From positions 372,001-436,000 of the forward strand of contig DF236961.1 in the NCBI GenBank assembly GCA_000708835.1: a stretch of 64,000 nt of DNA, given 5' to 3'. Below, in pieces: positions 61,727-64,000 of the stretch. The notes under the pieces are model-generated. The model was not told where the DNA came from, did no database searches, and saw only the letters and a list, made by a program, of their open reading frames with translations. The stretch's first letter is position 1, and each line of letters opens with the position of its first letter. The position numbers were made by a program, and so were the translations under genes. This stretch comes from Klebsormidium nitens. Taxonomy: Eukaryota > Plantae > Klebsormidiophyceae.

Positions 61727-64000
61727 GACGTCCTGGTCGAGTACAACAACAAGAAGGTGTTTGACATCAAGCTGAGGGAGCTGAAGGCCACCGTGACGAC
61801 CACGATCAGGTACGCGCCCTGCGCACACCGGTTCAGCCGCTTTGCATTCCCGCTGATTGTCTTAGAAATTGTCCACTCGCTGAATGAGAGTTTCGTGGTC
61901 CTTGCCATAGTCTGTTCTGCTTGACGAACTTTGTTGGTCCGCGACGTGAATGTGATGGTTATGAGCGTTTCGCTCCATGTCAACATTTGTCTTCGCCCCC
62001 AAAGAAACGTCTGCGACTGTCTGTGATGCTTGACAGAGCTTCGGCTCCTTGACATGCTCTCCGCTGAAGGAAGGATCTTGATGGCCTTTACAAGCTGCTG
62101 AAACGGCCCCCGTCGGGATAAGGAAAGAGTGTCAGATGTCTGCCGACGTTACCCTGACGCGCTCTTGTGGCAGTGCGGTTTCCGATGATGACTTGGTTGC
62201 ATCTGCAGAGGAAAGCGTGCAAGAGTTTTGGGAACAGACAGCATCCGTCTGAGGAAAGGAGAAGCCTAGCTGACTTTCGACAGATTGCTGACGTCATGCT
62301 GACGCTCCTTTGCAGCGAGGAGGCCCCCGTGGACGACGTCATCGCTTTTGCCAAGAAGGAGAAGAAGGACTCGAGCCTGCCCGAGGTGGACGTGCTACTG
62401 GACTTGTGGGACGCCATGATGGACGCCGTGCAGTGGAGCGGCAAGAACCAGCAGCAAAACACCAACCTCGCGCTCCGCCAGGTGGGTTTGAGTTTCGTGC
62501 GCTTTCTGGTGATCTGCGGATGTGTCTCCCTTGTTCTTGTCCTTTGTTTTGCTCCCGTTGGTGCTCTGCTGAGAGTGTCTCTTCACTGATCCAACAAAAC
62601 CGGCAGCGAAATACGGACTTGACGCTGCGCCAGGCAGGACTAGGTCGATGTGCTGCTTTGCTTTGCGAGTTCGTTCTTGATTTCGCCCTTGAACGGTTCT
62701 GTGTTTCTGCCAGCTGCCTCACGCTCGCTATGAGGGCAATCTATGTGTCACAAAAGCCGCCTTGAGAGAGGATGAGCCACGCGTTTTCTTCTGTGCGGTT
62801 GTCGGTTTCTTAGCATGGTCCGACGGTGGGTGAAAGTTGCTCTTGGTCTCCTTGACTAAGCAAGGACCAATAGCAAAAAGACTAAGCTCCCGCTGCGCCA
62901 GGTGAGGTCCGTCCGTGCGTCTTTCTTTCTCGTATTCGTCACGTTCTCAATCTGCTTGATCGGCAAAAACCAATTCCGCGCTGCACCAGGTAGGGTCCTT
63001 GGTTGCGCCTTTTTTCTTTTGGTTTGCGGGATACCGTTATCACTTTACCCCGTCGGTGCAACTTCTGGGAATTTGGGGTAGCTTTGGTCTTTGCGAAGGT
63101 GCACAGATCTTTTCTTTGCTTTTATTGGCTTTCCCCTTCTGTGCAAGTGGCTCGTGTCAGATGAGGCAACGACCCGCAGAAGAACATCAAGCTCGCGCTG
63201 TGGCAAGCGGCGACCCTCTTAATGCCTGGGAGGTGAGAAGGTTACTTTCACGTCATTCTCCTCTCTATGTTCCGAGCCTCTTCTCACCCCTCTTCCACCC
63301 TTTCTAATGCCAGGTGAAGGGATGGGGCAAGCTCCTGGGTGCTTTCTCCACCACGAGCAAGGCGGAGTTTGCGCTCATCTACAAGGTCCAGGCCTGCTGT
63401 TACGAGGACGCCAAGCTTATGAAGCTCTTCGCCGAGGTGCGCCGCTCACGTAGACTCTCAGAGAACGTGGTTTTCTTTTCCCACGTCAGTCTAGTAAACA
63501 GATGGATCGATGAGAATACAGGCTTAGGGGCCTCTCTCGCCGAGGTGGGCTGCTCGCTCAGGCTTATAAGGGTGTCAGAGAATGTTGACTTTCACTATCT
63601 TGCGCCGTTCATACACTTTGCGACACATGATATGGGTTCTGGAAGAAGCACTTTTCCACAAAACGCTGGGTATAGCGTCTCTGGTAGAGACTTTACGAGT
63701 TTCCGTAAGCAGATGATGGGTCTGGGTCAACTGCTGTACCTTTGTTTGACCTCCATAGCTTCGGAAATTCCGGCATCTATCAAACCAGAGTATGCCAGAA
63801 GTATTTTGTTGTTTCCTTGGATCATACGAGGCTTGAAAAGCACATCCTTCGCATATGGTGCATATTTTCTGAAGACCTGCGCTTCCCTACTTCAAGCTTG
63901 TGGTTCACCAAGACTCAAATTCTGTCGGACCTGACACACCGTCTTCTGCAGATTGTGCGCATCCTGTATGACTTGGACGTGCTGGGCGAGGACACCATCC
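61727..64000 (+). CDS. BZW: 5'-truncated duplicate of BZW exons 8-11 (W2 domain); continues past the window end
   Basis: Exons 61727-61809, 62316-62481, 63314-63436 and 63952 onward match exons 8-11 of the upstream gene in length and phase, with homologous introns. Similarity starts at about 61675 within the intron; exons 1-7 are not seen upstream. It may be a pseudogene. Confidence 0.8.

Overview
Eukaryotic nuclear DNA with GT-AG introns, GC-rich exons and one N gap. The plant-type BZW, BET3 and PEX11 genes, plastid-transit-like N-termini and a tubulin deglutamylase fit a flagellate-producing streptophyte alga such as Klebsormidium (inference). Exons were assembled by hand with splice phases checked. 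Genes found: the 3' part of a CRTAC1/ASPIC-UnbV gene (+); a KamA-family radical SAM/PLP aminomutase-like gene (-) with one frameshift; a cytosolic carboxypeptidase (+); a heptad-repeat plus TM orphan (-); an 11-exon acidic orphan with a transit-like leader (-); PEX11 (+); TRAPPC3/BET3 (-); BZW/5MP (+); a LysM plus TM gene (-); and a 5'-truncated second copy of the BZW W2 exons running off the window end. Several MITE-like elements and a LINE 3' fragment are also present. The most striking unexplained structure is a recurring set of intronic 'echoes': degenerate tandem copies, mostly 110-175 bp apart, of splice junctions together with the adjacent exon edge. Acceptor copies always lie upstream of the real exon and donor copies downstream. 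At all 14 junctions counted, the nearest decoy site is out of frame.
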